A stretch of DNA of 64,000 bases, from IMG/VR virus record IMGVR_UViG_3300025141_000030; one strand, 5' to 3'. This document shows, piece by piece, positions 45,529 to 55,359 of this stretch. The DNA comes from a virus. A program made the position numbers and the translations under genes. Position 1 is the stretch's first letter. Every line of letters starts with the position of its first letter. The notes beneath the pieces were generated by a model that had not been told where the DNA came from, ran no database searches, and worked only from the letters and a program-made list of their open reading frames with translations.

Positions 45529-48123
45529 ATGGCTGGAAAGACAGATAGAACACAGCTTCAGTTCCTCTTTAAGAAGGCGCTAGGTTTTGCCAACACGTCT
45601 AACTTGTTCACTGAGAACGAGGAGACAATTCCCTCCACGAATCAATTGTCCACGCAGACGATCTTTGGTGAGGACATTCCACGCGCTGTCAGTAGGACGC
45701 TTTACACTGTCCAGGACTCTACTGCTGAATACGTTATCCTAACGGCATCAGTCCTGGCAGGCACCACATATGATGCCAATGACACCGGCGGCGGGGGTGA
45801 TGGCTCACAGTCGCCAGGTCCACACGCGTACGCCTTCCAGCTAGCTGGCGACTATCAGGCCAGTTCTAGCAATGCGAAGGCTGGCACATTTCCATTTGTG
45901 GACAGTCAGTATCTCTACCAGACATCCGGAACACTTCAGTTAATTGGCCCATCATTTTCAGGTAACTCTCCCAACCCTTATTTGATGAAACTTTATGAGG
46001 ATGATGGTTCCGGAGGCATTGGCGATGAAATATCACTGACAGATGAGATCGACTGGTTGGTGGACTATTATAACGGTGTCCTATTTGTGCAGGATTATGA
46101 CAGCGGCCAGCTCCCGGCGTTTGCCAAGGCTTTCATTTATACTGGAAATATGCTCAGCGCCTCCATTGGTGGTGGCGGTTCTGGTGACATAACTGGTGTG
46201 ACCGCTGGCACCGGCCTGTCAGGTGGCGGGTCGTCAGGTAATGTTACACTTTCAATCAACGACTCGACAGTTGCTACGCTGAGCGGATCTATTTTTTCAG
46301 GGGTTGCAAAGTTTAATTCTGGACTTAGCGGGTCATTAACCCGTCTAGTTGACGGCACATCATTCCTCGAGGCCGGCAGTAACGTTACGATCACATCAGC
46401 TTCCAACGGGCAGATAACCATTGCATCCACAGGTGGAGGAGGCGGAGGTGACATAACTGGAGTGGCAGCCGGTACTGGTCTGACGGGAGGTGGGACATCA
46501 GGTGACGTCACTCTGGCCGCAGACGACTCCGTCGTCGCCACGCTGACCGGCTCTCAGTTTACTGGCCAGGTCGGATTCCAGTCAAATGTCAGTGCCAGCG
46601 GCTCCTTTATAGCTTCAGGTGATTCCACTCTTTTAGGTCCGGTTTACCTATCAGGCTCTGTCTCTGACTTTACAGCCACGGGTTCCGCCAAGTTCAATGC
46701 AGGTTTAAGTGGCTCCTTGACGAGATTAGCATCGGGACTGTCATTCCTTGAGGCCGGCACTAATGTGACTATTACCTCGGCTTCAAATGGATCAATAACT
46801 ATATCAGCAGCCGGCTCAGGTGGCGGATCATCCTCTGGAGTAGGATGGATTGGTCGAAGTTCAGGGCAGATAGACACTACTGGCTCTGTGGGAATAACCG
46901 GATCACTTCATGCGCTAGGAAGTAATATTTTCGGCTCATCACCGTCGAATTTTCATATCATTACGGGATCCGCCATACTGTCGGGAGCTCTCAGCATATC
47001 CGGAACACTGAGCATGTCAGGATCCATTATACCAGCCAGCGCATCGGCATTTGACCTGGGCAGCGCTACATATCCTTGGAAAGAGCTTTACCTGGCCGGA
47101 AATTCCCTTCATCTCGGAGGACAGACAGTCACGGCCGGTACTAACACTATATCTTATGGTGCTGGTGCAACTGAGAAGAAGTTTATTGTGGGCAATCTTG
47201 CCCTTTCTAGCTCTATTATTACTGGTGGCAATAATGCCGATCTGCGCCTCATAGGTCCCAGTTTTTTTGGGGGCACCGCCAATGTGCTTATTCAAACGAC
47301 TCGTGCACAAGTTTCAGGTGTCTTGGATGTCAAAAATGGAATATCAGGCTCTCTCACAAGACTGCCTACTGGCGCCTCATTTATCGAAGCAGGTGATAAT
47401 GTAACGGTGACCTCGGCCTCTAACGGAGCAATTACGATCGCCGCCGACGGAGGTGGCAGCGGTGATATAACAAACGCCAGTAATCTCGGGTCTGGAGAAG
47501 GCCTGTTTGCGCAGAAGACAAGCACAGTCTTGGACTTTAAGGGCCTGACAGTGGGATCTGGCCTCAATATATCCTCTAATACTACGACTGTCACCTTGAC
47601 AACTAACTTTGACAGTCTTGCCAGGCAGAAGGGGACATACGAGGTGACCCAGTCACATGCCGCTAATACTCCGTTAGTTGTAGGTGCTGATTTTAGTGCT
47701 GCGGCCTATAACCCTAACCTAATTGATGTTTTCTTGAATGGCCAGCTTCTTGCGTCCGGCACCCAGGTGCAAGTTAGCGCAGGCACAGCTGATTACACGC
47801 TTTATGCAACAGACAGCGTAAAATTTGGATTTGTCCTAGATCGTGACGACACGGTCAACTCTATTATTATTAATAACAGTGCAGCTGGCGGCGGCTCGAC
47901 TAGTCTAACACTTAATGAAACGCCTGCTGGCACCGTTAACGGGGTGAATGACACATTCACACTTGGTACGACCCCCTCACCTTCTTCGAGCCTTATGTTA
48001 TTTATAAACGGGCAATTAATTACGCAAAATGTCGACTATACTTTATCCACCGCCACAATAACATTTGTGGCCTCTGCCATCCCCATGAGTGGCGATGTGC
48101 TAGCGGCTACATACCAATATTAG
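45529..48123 (+). CDS. Fibre-like virion protein sharing repeat modules with the upstream gene
   Basis: 864 aa; same GLSGSL/AGTGL modules; C-terminal 'VFLNGQLL' and 'ETPAGTVNGVN.TFTL...P....L.LF.NGQL......DYT' beta-sandwich-type domains. Confidence 0.65.
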   Translation: MAGKTDRTQLQFLFKKALGFANTSNLFTENEETIPSTNQLSTQTIFGEDIPRAVSRTLYTVQDSTAEYVILTASVLAGTTYDANDTGGGGDGSQSPGPHAYAFQLAGDYQASSSNAKAGTFPFVDSQYLYQTSGTLQLIGPSFSGNSPNPYLMKLYEDDGSGGIGDEISLTDEIDWLVDYYNGVLFVQDYDSGQLPAFAKAFIYTGNMLSASIGGGGSGDITGVTAGTGLSGGGSSGNVTLSINDSTVATLSGSIFSGVAKFNSGLSGSLTRLVDGTSFLEAGSNVTITSASNGQITIASTGGGGGGDITGVAAGTGLTGGGTSGDVTLAADDSVVATLTGSQFTGQVGFQSNVSASGSFIASGDSTLLGPVYLSGSVSDFTATGSAKFNAGLSGSLTRLASGLSFLEAGTNVTITSASNGSITISAAGSGGGSSSGVGWIGRSSGQIDTTGSVGITGSLHALGSNIFGSSPSNFHIITGSAILSGALSISGTLSMSGSIIPASASAFDLGSATYPWKELYLAGNSLHLGGQTVTAGTNTISYGAGATEKKFIVGNLALSSSIITGGNNADLRLIGPSFFGGTANVLIQTTRAQVSGVLDVKNGISGSLTRLPTGASFIEAGDNVTVTSASNGAITIAADGGGSGDITNASNLGSGEGLFAQKTSTVLDFKGLTVGSGLNISSNTTTVTLTTNFDSLARQKGTYEVTQSHAANTPLVVGADFSAAAYNPNLIDVFLNGQLLASGTQVQVSAGTADYTLYATDSVKFGFVLDRDDTVNSIIINNSAAGGGSTSLTLNETPAGTVNGVNDTFTLGTTPSPSSSLMLFINGQLITQNVDYTLSTATITFVASAIPMSGDVLAATYQY

Positions 48124-48175
48124 AAGAAGAATTCTCTCTTTTTTAATATTTAACATTGGATATCGAGAGCATGAA

Positions 48176-48400
48176 ATGAACAACACATTTGAGACGTCTG
48201 ACCTAGCATTTGCAGCATTCCTGTGTATGCGGGGATTTCGCCTGACACAGGCAACGAGGGATCCCACTGGTCGCTTTAGGTTTGTTTTTGATGATCCCAC
48301 TGCGTCCGCCGCTGGAATGCAGGCAGTTTTTCTAGCTTCAGAGTTTCCAATTTTCGATAATTTTGTCAAAATACTGAAGAAACGAATATATACTAATTGA
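48176..48400 (+). CDS. Small conserved phage protein (DUF5659-like)
   Basis: 74 aa; 'FETSDLAFAAFL...G..L.......GR..F.F' pattern. Confidence 0.55.
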   Translation: MNNTFETSDLAFAAFLCMRGFRLTQATRDPTGRFRFVFDDPTASAAGMQAVFLASEFPIFDNFVKILKKRIYTN

Positions 48401-48567
48401 TGGCCTTTGCTATCTCGACGTTGAAGTTTTTTTATTCGTTCCGTCCTAAGTTTTTTGTAAAAGTCTTGTTTCCTTGTTGCGGTTTATGTACGGCTGTTTG
48501 TCTATTGTAGTATTTAAGTTCTTAGTTTTGCCATTAACGCTTAATAAACCTATAGGAGGAATAAAAA

Positions 48568-51500
48568 ATGGCTAATAAAACACAAATGAGGCTCCAGCAG
48601 CTCACCGGATCACTTATTGATCTGGCGTACTCAGGATCAAACTCAAGCGCAGCATCTGCGGCGGCTATCGTCGACACCGATCTCGGCGCTGTCCTGGGCC
48701 AGTTCGCTGGTGCCATCGGGCGTATTTCCGGTAAGAATAGCACCGGAACTAGCGCCTTTACCAATGTGACTGCGGGTCACTTTCACCAAAATTTACACGT
48801 TACAGGTGCACTTCTCGACTTTAACCAGGCCACTGAAATTAAGACAGCTGCCGGTAATTTAACACTCGAATCCGCCGCTGACATCATCCTCGATGCCAAG
48901 GACGCTGACGTCAGCTTTAAGGATGACGGTACTGCGTTTGTCAAGTTTACAAACAGCTCAGGCGACTGCGAGATTATAAACGGTTCTGCTGACGGAGACA
49001 TTAAGTTTAAAGACGCCGGTGGTAACGAGGTCTTCCGAATGGACGGCGGTGAGGAGTCCCTCCTCATGGCATCCGGCAAGAAGCTAATGCTTGGTGCAGC
49101 AGAGGAGTATGTCTCCGGTGACGGCACCGATATCACGTTCGTGGTCGGAGCAGGCGGCGACATCAACCTTCCAGCTGACATCGGACTTACTTTCGGAGAC
49201 GACGGTGAGAAGATTGAGGGCGACGGAACTAACCTGGCGATCGCTTCTAGCGGTGAGCTTGACCTTACGGCTACTGGATTGATTGATATTAATGGTTCTG
49301 CGAACCTTGATGTTGATATTACAGGCACAGTCGCGATAGACGCTACCTCGACATTCTCTGTGGATGCAGTCGGAACTTCTAATGTTACAACCAATGGCGC
49401 ACTGACACTTTCGGGATCGACTGGCATTAATGTCTACTCCCATGGTGGCGATGTGGACATTGACTCAACAAACGGCGCGGTCGACCTAGTCGCGGGCACA
49501 ACGGTCAGCATTGATGGAGCTTCTGGTATTAATCTTGGAACCTCTGCTGATACCGCAATCGACGTCGACTCGTCGACCTTCGACCTCGATGCCTCTGGCG
49601 CAATCACAATTGATGCATCCGCAGCCGGTATCTCTCTCGATGCTGCTGCTGCTTCTAACTTCAGTACTTCTGCTGGTGCACTAACACTTACTTCAGCTGC
49701 TGCGACCACCTGGTCGACTTCAGCCGGCGCGCTTGTGATAGATGGTGCTGCTGGTCTAACCCTGGACTCTGACGGTACTGATGCAGTCAATCTTGGTACT
49801 GAGGCTGTGGCAAAGACAATTACTATCGGCAATGCTGCGTCGACTAAGGTCGATATCAATGCATTGGCACTCGATTTTGATTCGGCTGCTGCAACTGATA
49901 TTCTGGCTGCGACAACTCTCACCGCGAAGGGTGCCACTGGTGCTTCTTTCGGTGATGACACTGGTACATGGGAATTTGATGGATCAGGTGCACTGTCTGA
50001 GACAGGAGTGACCACAGTTTCAATCACACCGTCAAGTACTTTTGACATTGACGCTGGTGGAGCTGTGACTATTGATGGATCTGCTATCACCATAGGCGCA
50101 GATGATTCTGGTGTCGCGATTGTCCTGGGTCACGGAACGTCCGAAGTGAGTGTGATGGATAACCTGACCATTTACGGTGACCTAACAGTTAAGGGCACTG
50201 AGCACATAATTGACTCCGACCACCTCCGGGTTAAGGATCCACTTATTATTCTCGGTTCCGGCTCTCTCGGTATTAGCTCGATGGGTGCCATTGGTTTTGC
50301 CTCTGGTTCCAGCACTGCTAAACAGTCACTAATCTTTGGTAACCTCGGGGTAACCGCGGCGAATACTTTCGCTGTTGCCAGGCAGGATATTCAGGATGGT
50401 GAGCTGGCTTCCAGTTCATTGGACTACAGCAACCTGGTTAACTTCCGCGCGGCTAGGTTAGAGGCTGGCAACGGCAGTAACTTCCTGAACCTCGACGGTG
50501 GTAATCTTGGTGTTACATCCTCGGCCGATATTCGCTTGAATGCTGGATCTGAGATCGTTCTCGATCCGAACGGTGGTACAGTTATATTCCAGCAAGCCGG
50601 GACGACCTCAGGACATATCTCTGCAGATGGTTCCGACCTCAAATTTGAGGATGCCAGCCAGACTGAGATATTCAGGCTTGATTCCGATCAGGACTCTCTC
50701 CTCATGGCCGGTAGTAATAAGCTCCAGTTTGCCGATTCCAATTCTTACATAAATCAAGATGGTACAGACCTTCAGCTTGTTACGACCACTGATATTAACC
50801 TTAAGCCTGCTGCTGACCTACTGGTCGACGCTGGTGGTGATGTCATTCTCGATGCTGGCGGTACAAATGTTGTCTTCAAGTCTGCTGGAAATCAGATGCT
50901 TGATATCACGTATGATGGCGGCGACGCTCTGTTCAAGGATGCAGACGGCACTGAGATCTTCCGAATCGATAAGTCTGCTGACTCACTACTGATGGCTTCT
51001 GGTAAAAAGATTGAGCTTGGCGATGCGAATAACTCTTTGGTCTATGATGGGACTGATGTCATCATCGATGCCGCGAATGACATTCGGCTTGATGCTGGTG
51101 CCGGTGAGTGGCAATTCTATGAAGGTGGAGAAAGTAAGTTCCTTCTAAACAACAGCTCAGGCGATTTGATCCTGTCGCAGTCGACGGCTGCAAAGGACTT
51201 TATTTTTAATGTAAATCCTTCCGGTGGTAGTTCTACTGAGTACTTCCGGATCGCTTCCAGTAACGCTGAGGTTGTCGTCAATGAAGGCAGTTCCAACTCT
51301 ATTGACTTCCGAGTTGAGACTGGTAACTATGCCAATGCATTATTTGTAGATGCTGCTCAAGACGCCATCGGTATGGGTTCTGTTGACGGCTCTTCAATGG
51401 CAAATACAAACGCGGTACTTAACATTAGCGCCTCATACCCAAGCGTTGGTGGGCTCCAGCTCAGCGGCGACGGTGGAGCTTCTGTCAGTCTAGGTGACTT

Positions 51501-53133
51501 CCTGCAGGTGGTCAGTGGAACTGCACAGACAGAGACGCTGGTTATTAATAATGAGGGCGCGTTGCAGATTGCATCTGCCATGGCTCTTAGCTTTAACGGT
51601 AGTACTAACACCATGAAGATTACCGCCAACAACGGAAGTAACATGAACATTAACGCTCCCGGTGACATCGTCTTTAACGCCGGCGGTCTAAATGTCAGTC
51701 CTGAGAATTCAGCCATTTCACTCGGCGCTACAGATGCTGAGTGGGCTAACGTCTATACAGGATTAACGGGTTCCCTCTTCCTGGGTATCACCCAGCAGCA
51801 CTCCATTGCTGACGGCAATACTGGCCTCCTGATCGACTCCTCGGAGGCGATTGAGATCAACTCGTCAGCTGGCCCGATCAAGATTGGTAGCGATGATATC
51901 GACCAGGACATCACCTTCGGTGCTCAGGGTGTGAGGACGATTACAGTCGGTAACGATGCCTCAACAAAGGTTGACGTTAATGCGTTAGCCATTGAGCTGG
52001 ATTCTGCTGGAACAATTGTGACGAATTCTGTCACAACCACTGATATCGTTGCTGCTACTGCACTGACTTTAACTGCTGGTGCAGCTTCGACCTGGTCGAC
52101 CTCTGCAGGCGATCTTACTATTGATGCTGCTGCGGCCTCTCTCGTTCTAGATAGCGGCGAGGCCTCCACGGCAGATTCAGTTCGGATTGTTGCGTCTCAC
52201 GCGGCTGGCGGAATTGACATGGACTCCGGAACTAGTGGTTACAACAACACCTCGACGGGTGCCTTACAGTTGACTTCGTCGGTGGCATTGCATGACGCCG
52301 GCATCGCGATTGTGGCTTCCGGCGAGGAGTCAGGCCTAGTGATTGAGGCTGCGGGCAATATTGAGGTCTATGTTGGCGGCAACACCGTCGACAGCGGCTA
52401 CGGTGCTTTCGCAGTGCTGTCAGGTTCTGCTGTCGACAACTCCGACAACACATTCACATTGTTGACGGCCGAGCCTTCGACTACTCCTAACCAGGGTGTG
52501 ATCGTCATGGGTCTGCTCGACGCGGAGGCCGTGACAGCAGCCGAGGGCGGAGGTAAGAACGGCTCGCTGCTGTTCGGTTCATCGTCGATGAACGGTTTTA
52601 GTGCTGTTGTTCGCTCTGCCGAAAATGGCTCTATGCTAAGGACCGGTGGTCAGCACCAGAGTCAGATACTGGCGATTTCCGGTTCTAAGCTTAGGTTTGC
52701 TGATGATTATGTCACGGGTTCTAACATGACGCTACCATACATGCAATTGGCAGACTCACGGGCAGAGTATAATAGCTTTGCTAGCAACTTTGGTGCTGCC
52801 AAGAGCCTAATCGGTGCTATTAATAGTAACGCCTCGGCGCAAAGTTCCGCATCGAAGGTCTCCGGATCTATTTCGGGTGTTGTGGCGGCGGGAACTGCTG
52901 TCGGCGGAGCCAATAAGGGCATGTCGACTGTTGACCTTTCGTCGCTTACTGATGAGAAGATTAGTAAGCAGGTTGACCTCTATGTTAATGGTCAGCTTTT
53001 AATGTCGGGTACCGAAGCACAGCGATCTGCTGGAAGTGCTGATTATCTCTGGTCCACTGTGGGAGCCTCTGGCGACTTCAAGCTCAGCTTTGCACTTGCC
53101 GCTGATGACGTGATTCAGGTGACTATCCGATAA
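48568..53133 (+). CDS. Large acidic Gly/Ser/Asp-rich fibre or virion structural protein
   Basis: 1521 aa; short beta-repeat motifs ('DI.LDA', 'F.D..G.E.FR.D...DSLLMA.G.K'); strong AGGAGG RBS; own terminator. Confidence 0.6.
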   Translation: MANKTQMRLQQLTGSLIDLAYSGSNSSAASAAAIVDTDLGAVLGQFAGAIGRISGKNSTGTSAFTNVTAGHFHQNLHVTGALLDFNQATEIKTAAGNLTLESAADIILDAKDADVSFKDDGTAFVKFTNSSGDCEIINGSADGDIKFKDAGGNEVFRMDGGEESLLMASGKKLMLGAAEEYVSGDGTDITFVVGAGGDINLPADIGLTFGDDGEKIEGDGTNLAIASSGELDLTATGLIDINGSANLDVDITGTVAIDATSTFSVDAVGTSNVTTNGALTLSGSTGINVYSHGGDVDIDSTNGAVDLVAGTTVSIDGASGINLGTSADTAIDVDSSTFDLDASGAITIDASAAGISLDAAAASNFSTSAGALTLTSAAATTWSTSAGALVIDGAAGLTLDSDGTDAVNLGTEAVAKTITIGNAASTKVDINALALDFDSAAATDILAATTLTAKGATGASFGDDTGTWEFDGSGALSETGVTTVSITPSSTFDIDAGGAVTIDGSAITIGADDSGVAIVLGHGTSEVSVMDNLTIYGDLTVKGTEHIIDSDHLRVKDPLIILGSGSLGISSMGAIGFASGSSTAKQSLIFGNLGVTAANTFAVARQDIQDGELASSSLDYSNLVNFRAARLEAGNGSNFLNLDGGNLGVTSSADIRLNAGSEIVLDPNGGTVIFQQAGTTSGHISADGSDLKFEDASQTEIFRLDSDQDSLLMAGSNKLQFADSNSYINQDGTDLQLVTTTDINLKPAADLLVDAGGDVILDAGGTNVVFKSAGNQMLDITYDGGDALFKDADGTEIFRIDKSADSLLMASGKKIELGDANNSLVYDGTDVIIDAANDIRLDAGAGEWQFYEGGESKFLLNNSSGDLILSQSTAAKDFIFNVNPSGGSSTEYFRIASSNAEVVVNEGSSNSIDFRVETGNYANALFVDAAQDAIGMGSVDGSSMANTNAVLNISASYPSVGGLQLSGDGGASVSLGDFLQVVSGTAQTETLVINNEGALQIASAMALSFNGSTNTMKITANNGSNMNINAPGDIVFNAGGLNVSPENSAISLGATDAEWANVYTGLTGSLFLGITQQHSIADGNTGLLIDSSEAIEINSSAGPIKIGSDDIDQDITFGAQGVRTITVGNDASTKVDVNALAIELDSAGTIVTNSVTTTDIVAATALTLTAGAASTWSTSAGDLTIDAAAASLVLDSGEASTADSVRIVASHAAGGIDMDSGTSGYNNTSTGALQLTSSVALHDAGIAIVASGEESGLVIEAAGNIEVYVGGNTVDSGYGAFAVLSGSAVDNSDNTFTLLTAEPSTTPNQGVIVMGLLDAEAVTAAEGGGKNGSLLFGSSSMNGFSAVVRSAENGSMLRTGGQHQSQILAISGSKLRFADDYVTGSNMTLPYMQLADSRAEYNSFASNFGAAKSLIGAINSNASAQSSASKVSGSISGVVAAGTAVGGANKGMSTVDLSSLTDEKISKQVDLYVNGQLLMSGTEAQRSAGSADYLWSTVGASGDFKLSFALAADDVIQVTIR

Positions 53134-53164
53134 TTCGGACTGTCATTACTGAGATATAAAAACT

Positions 53165-53201
53165 TGGCGGGTGGGACTTGTTCCCACCCGCCATTTTATT
53201 T
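53165..53201 (+). terminator. Rho-independent terminator
   Basis: Perfect 12-bp stem TGGCGGGTGGGA / TCCCACCCGCCA, 5-nt loop, followed by TTTTATTT. Confidence 0.9.
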
Positions 53202-53245
53202 ACCCTTAACGTGTTCTATATTATAATGCATGGGTACTTATATTT

Positions 53246-53794
53246 GTGGAGGAACAGAGCAGAATGACTGAAGCATATGATGAAGAGATTTTAAAGCTTG
53301 AGGCCAAGATCGAGGGCTATGACACCCTTGAGTCAATATTAGGCTCGAAGATGCAGGACATAAAAATTGCAGGCCAGCTTAAGGATCAATATTATGCCCA
53401 TTGCATGAAGATGGTAAGTAGCATAAGAAATGATATGTCAGACGCAAAGAAGGCTGCTGTTTTGGCTGACACACCGAATGCAGCCGTTTCAGTTTTGTGC
53501 GACGCTTTTTCTAGGATAGAGGATATATTATTGGAATACCTTAGGGAGCAGGCACAAAATGCGACTACTGATTCAGGAGCCCTTTCTCTTTTAAGGCCGC
53601 TTATTACATACTTAAATGAAACAACTGCAGGCGCTAACGAAAAAATAGAAGCGTACCAGAGAATGCTAGATGATCCTGCTCTCGCGGAGGAAGTTAAGAT
53701 TCGTCGTACCATTGGCGCTCACCCGGAGAAGCTTAGAAATAAGCGCGCGTTTAAGGAAGTCAATAGCAGCGGTTCTAAGGATCCTGAAGAATGA
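53246..53794 (+). CDS. Hypothetical coiled-coil protein
   Basis: 182 aa, helical; preceded by TTTACC-N17-TATAAT (53199-53227). Confidence 0.6.
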   Translation: MEEQSRMTEAYDEEILKLEAKIEGYDTLESILGSKMQDIKIAGQLKDQYYAHCMKMVSSIRNDMSDAKKAAVLADTPNAAVSVLCDAFSRIEDILLEYLREQAQNATTDSGALSLLRPLITYLNETTAGANEKIEAYQRMLDDPALAEEVKIRRTIGAHPEKLRNKRAFKEVNSSGSKDPEE

Positions 53795-54222
53795 GCATAA
53801 AACTTTTGAAGCAGGTAAACTTTGGTCAATCCCAAGGAGGCCTTTCCACTGTGGGTTTTACGTTAATTGACGGAGTTGGAGTCGCATCCGGTTCACGCTC
53901 CACCACAGGAGTTCATGAGGTTGGTACATCTACTGGTATTTACGCGGCACAGATAACTTTCACAACTCAGTTTAGTGGCTCTATTTTATGGGATACTGGA
54001 AGTGGTGATCCAGCTTACGCTGCTGAGCAGTACAATCCGACCGCAGAGAACATAGAGTTTATTAAGGATATCGAGGGAGGCCGATGGACTATTGATAGTG
54101 ACACAAATCAGATGGTATTTTATAAGGCTGATAATGTCACCGAGGTTGCCAGGTTTGACCTACAGGACTCAGCTGGCAGTGCTTCTGTAAGCGAGGTATT
54201 CTCACGACTGCGAGGCAGTTAA
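53791..54222 (+). CDS. Hypothetical protein (possible virion component)
   Basis: 143 aa, beta-rich; ATGA overlap with the upstream gene. Confidence 0.6.
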   Translation: MSIKLLKQVNFGQSQGGLSTVGFTLIDGVGVASGSRSTTGVHEVGTSTGIYAAQITFTTQFSGSILWDTGSGDPAYAAEQYNPTAENIEFIKDIEGGRWTIDSDTNQMVFYKADNVTEVARFDLQDSAGSASVSEVFSRLRGS

Positions 54223-54223
54223 T

Positions 54224-54595
54224 TTGCCCGCAGTTTCTCCAATTGTCACTCGTGGTTTTTCTGCCAATCAACGAATTATTACGCGTGGATATGGTCCTGG
54301 ATTTATTCCAGCCGTAGCCGAGGCTGTTCGTGCTACTTTTGGAGGGACTAAGCGCAAGTTAAAGGAGTATCATGAGGAGCTCCGAGAGTTTACGGTGACT
54401 GCTATGCTGATTGCCGTTAACGGAACAGATATGCTTGATCCTAAGTCAGGCAAGGCATCCGGTGAAATAACTGACCTTGATGTCAAGATGACAGCCACCT
54501 TTAAGGCTATTAATAGGTTAGGTTACTTAACTGAGCGCATAATTATAAATGCCTTTAGAGTTGTGCGAAGAGGTTTTAAGAAGATTGAGGATTAG
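54224..54595 (+). CDS. Hypothetical protein
   Basis: 123 aa; N-terminal 'IVTRGF...IITRGY' repeat; tightly packed. Confidence 0.55.
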   Translation: MPAVSPIVTRGFSANQRIITRGYGPGFIPAVAEAVRATFGGTKRKLKEYHEELREFTVTAMLIAVNGTDMLDPKSGKASGEITDLDVKMTATFKAINRLGYLTERIIINAFRVVRRGFKKIED

Positions 54596-54597
54596 TT

Positions 54598-55113
54598 ATG
54601 GCCGATTTTGATGTTCACCTTGACGAAGAAAATGAATTGAGGTTTAATATAACCACCGAGGGGACGGATGCCACTGCATCCATCAAAACCAGGATGGTCC
54701 TTGAGTCCAGTAAGATGGACTTTATGTTTCCAGGGACTTCCATTCCTGGAGGAGAGGTCACCGTCATTGTTCCAAGCTTGAAGGGTGTCTTAAACGAGGG
54801 CCTCTACAATACACGACTTGAGGTGCTTATTGATGACAGGATTTTTACTCCTTTGGAGCTGACGGCGAATTTTAAACAGTCGGTCAAAGTCGTTGCTGAG
54901 GCTGTTGTTACCCGAAGGCCTTCACACCCGAGTGTTCGTGCCAATGTCGTCCGTGTTAATCCTTCACAAAAGTCAAAGCCCGTTAAAAATTCCTTAACTG
55001 AATCACCAAATTTACCTAAAATAGGTAAGAAGGATAAGGCGAGTAATACTTCTGGCTCAAGGAATGAAGAGCTGCGTGATTTGTTACGCCGAGTAATCAA
55101 GAAACAAGGGTAA
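54598..55113 (+). CDS. Hypothetical protein
   Basis: 171 aa, GAGGA RBS; beta-rich N-terminal domain with a basic low-complexity tail. Confidence 0.6.
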   Translation: MADFDVHLDEENELRFNITTEGTDATASIKTRMVLESSKMDFMFPGTSIPGGEVTVIVPSLKGVLNEGLYNTRLEVLIDDRIFTPLELTANFKQSVKVVAEAVVTRRPSHPSVRANVVRVNPSQKSKPVKNSLTESPNLPKIGKKDKASNTSGSRNEELRDLLRRVIKKQG

Positions 55114-55115
55114 AA

Positions 55116-55352
55116 ATGATTGAGGCGGTAATTTTGGTTTATGTACTGCTGTGCGCAGCACATGTTATGTGGCATGCATTAAGTGCCTCCCAGTCACATC
55201 AGCTTTCTAATTTGGCTCGTGGTAAAGAGTTGACACAATTTTATAACATAAGGGCTAGGCAGTCTCTTTCACATTTAAAATGGGCACCCCTCTGGCCAGT
55301 TCCCCTGCTTAGGGGATTGATTGCATTGCTAAAGTGGCACTTTTCAAGGTGA
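55116..55352 (+). CDS. Small membrane protein
   Basis: 78 aa with a hydrophobic N-terminal helix and 'WAPLWPV'. Confidence 0.5.
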   Translation: MIEAVILVYVLLCAAHVMWHALSASQSHQLSNLARGKELTQFYNIRARQSLSHLKWAPLWPVPLLRGLIALLKWHFSR

Positions 55353-55359
55353 GTTTTGT

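Noticed and set aside
39160-47450. CRISPR array or diversity-generating retroelement in the repeated region
   Set aside because: Repeats are in-frame coding modules without spacers; differences are not adenine-specific; no reverse transcriptase or cas gene is in the window.
10022-53245. tRNA genes in the larger intergenic gaps (10022-10253, 24564-24670, 48401-48567, 53134-53245)
   Set aside because: No cloverleaf or T-loop GTTCRA context found by eye.
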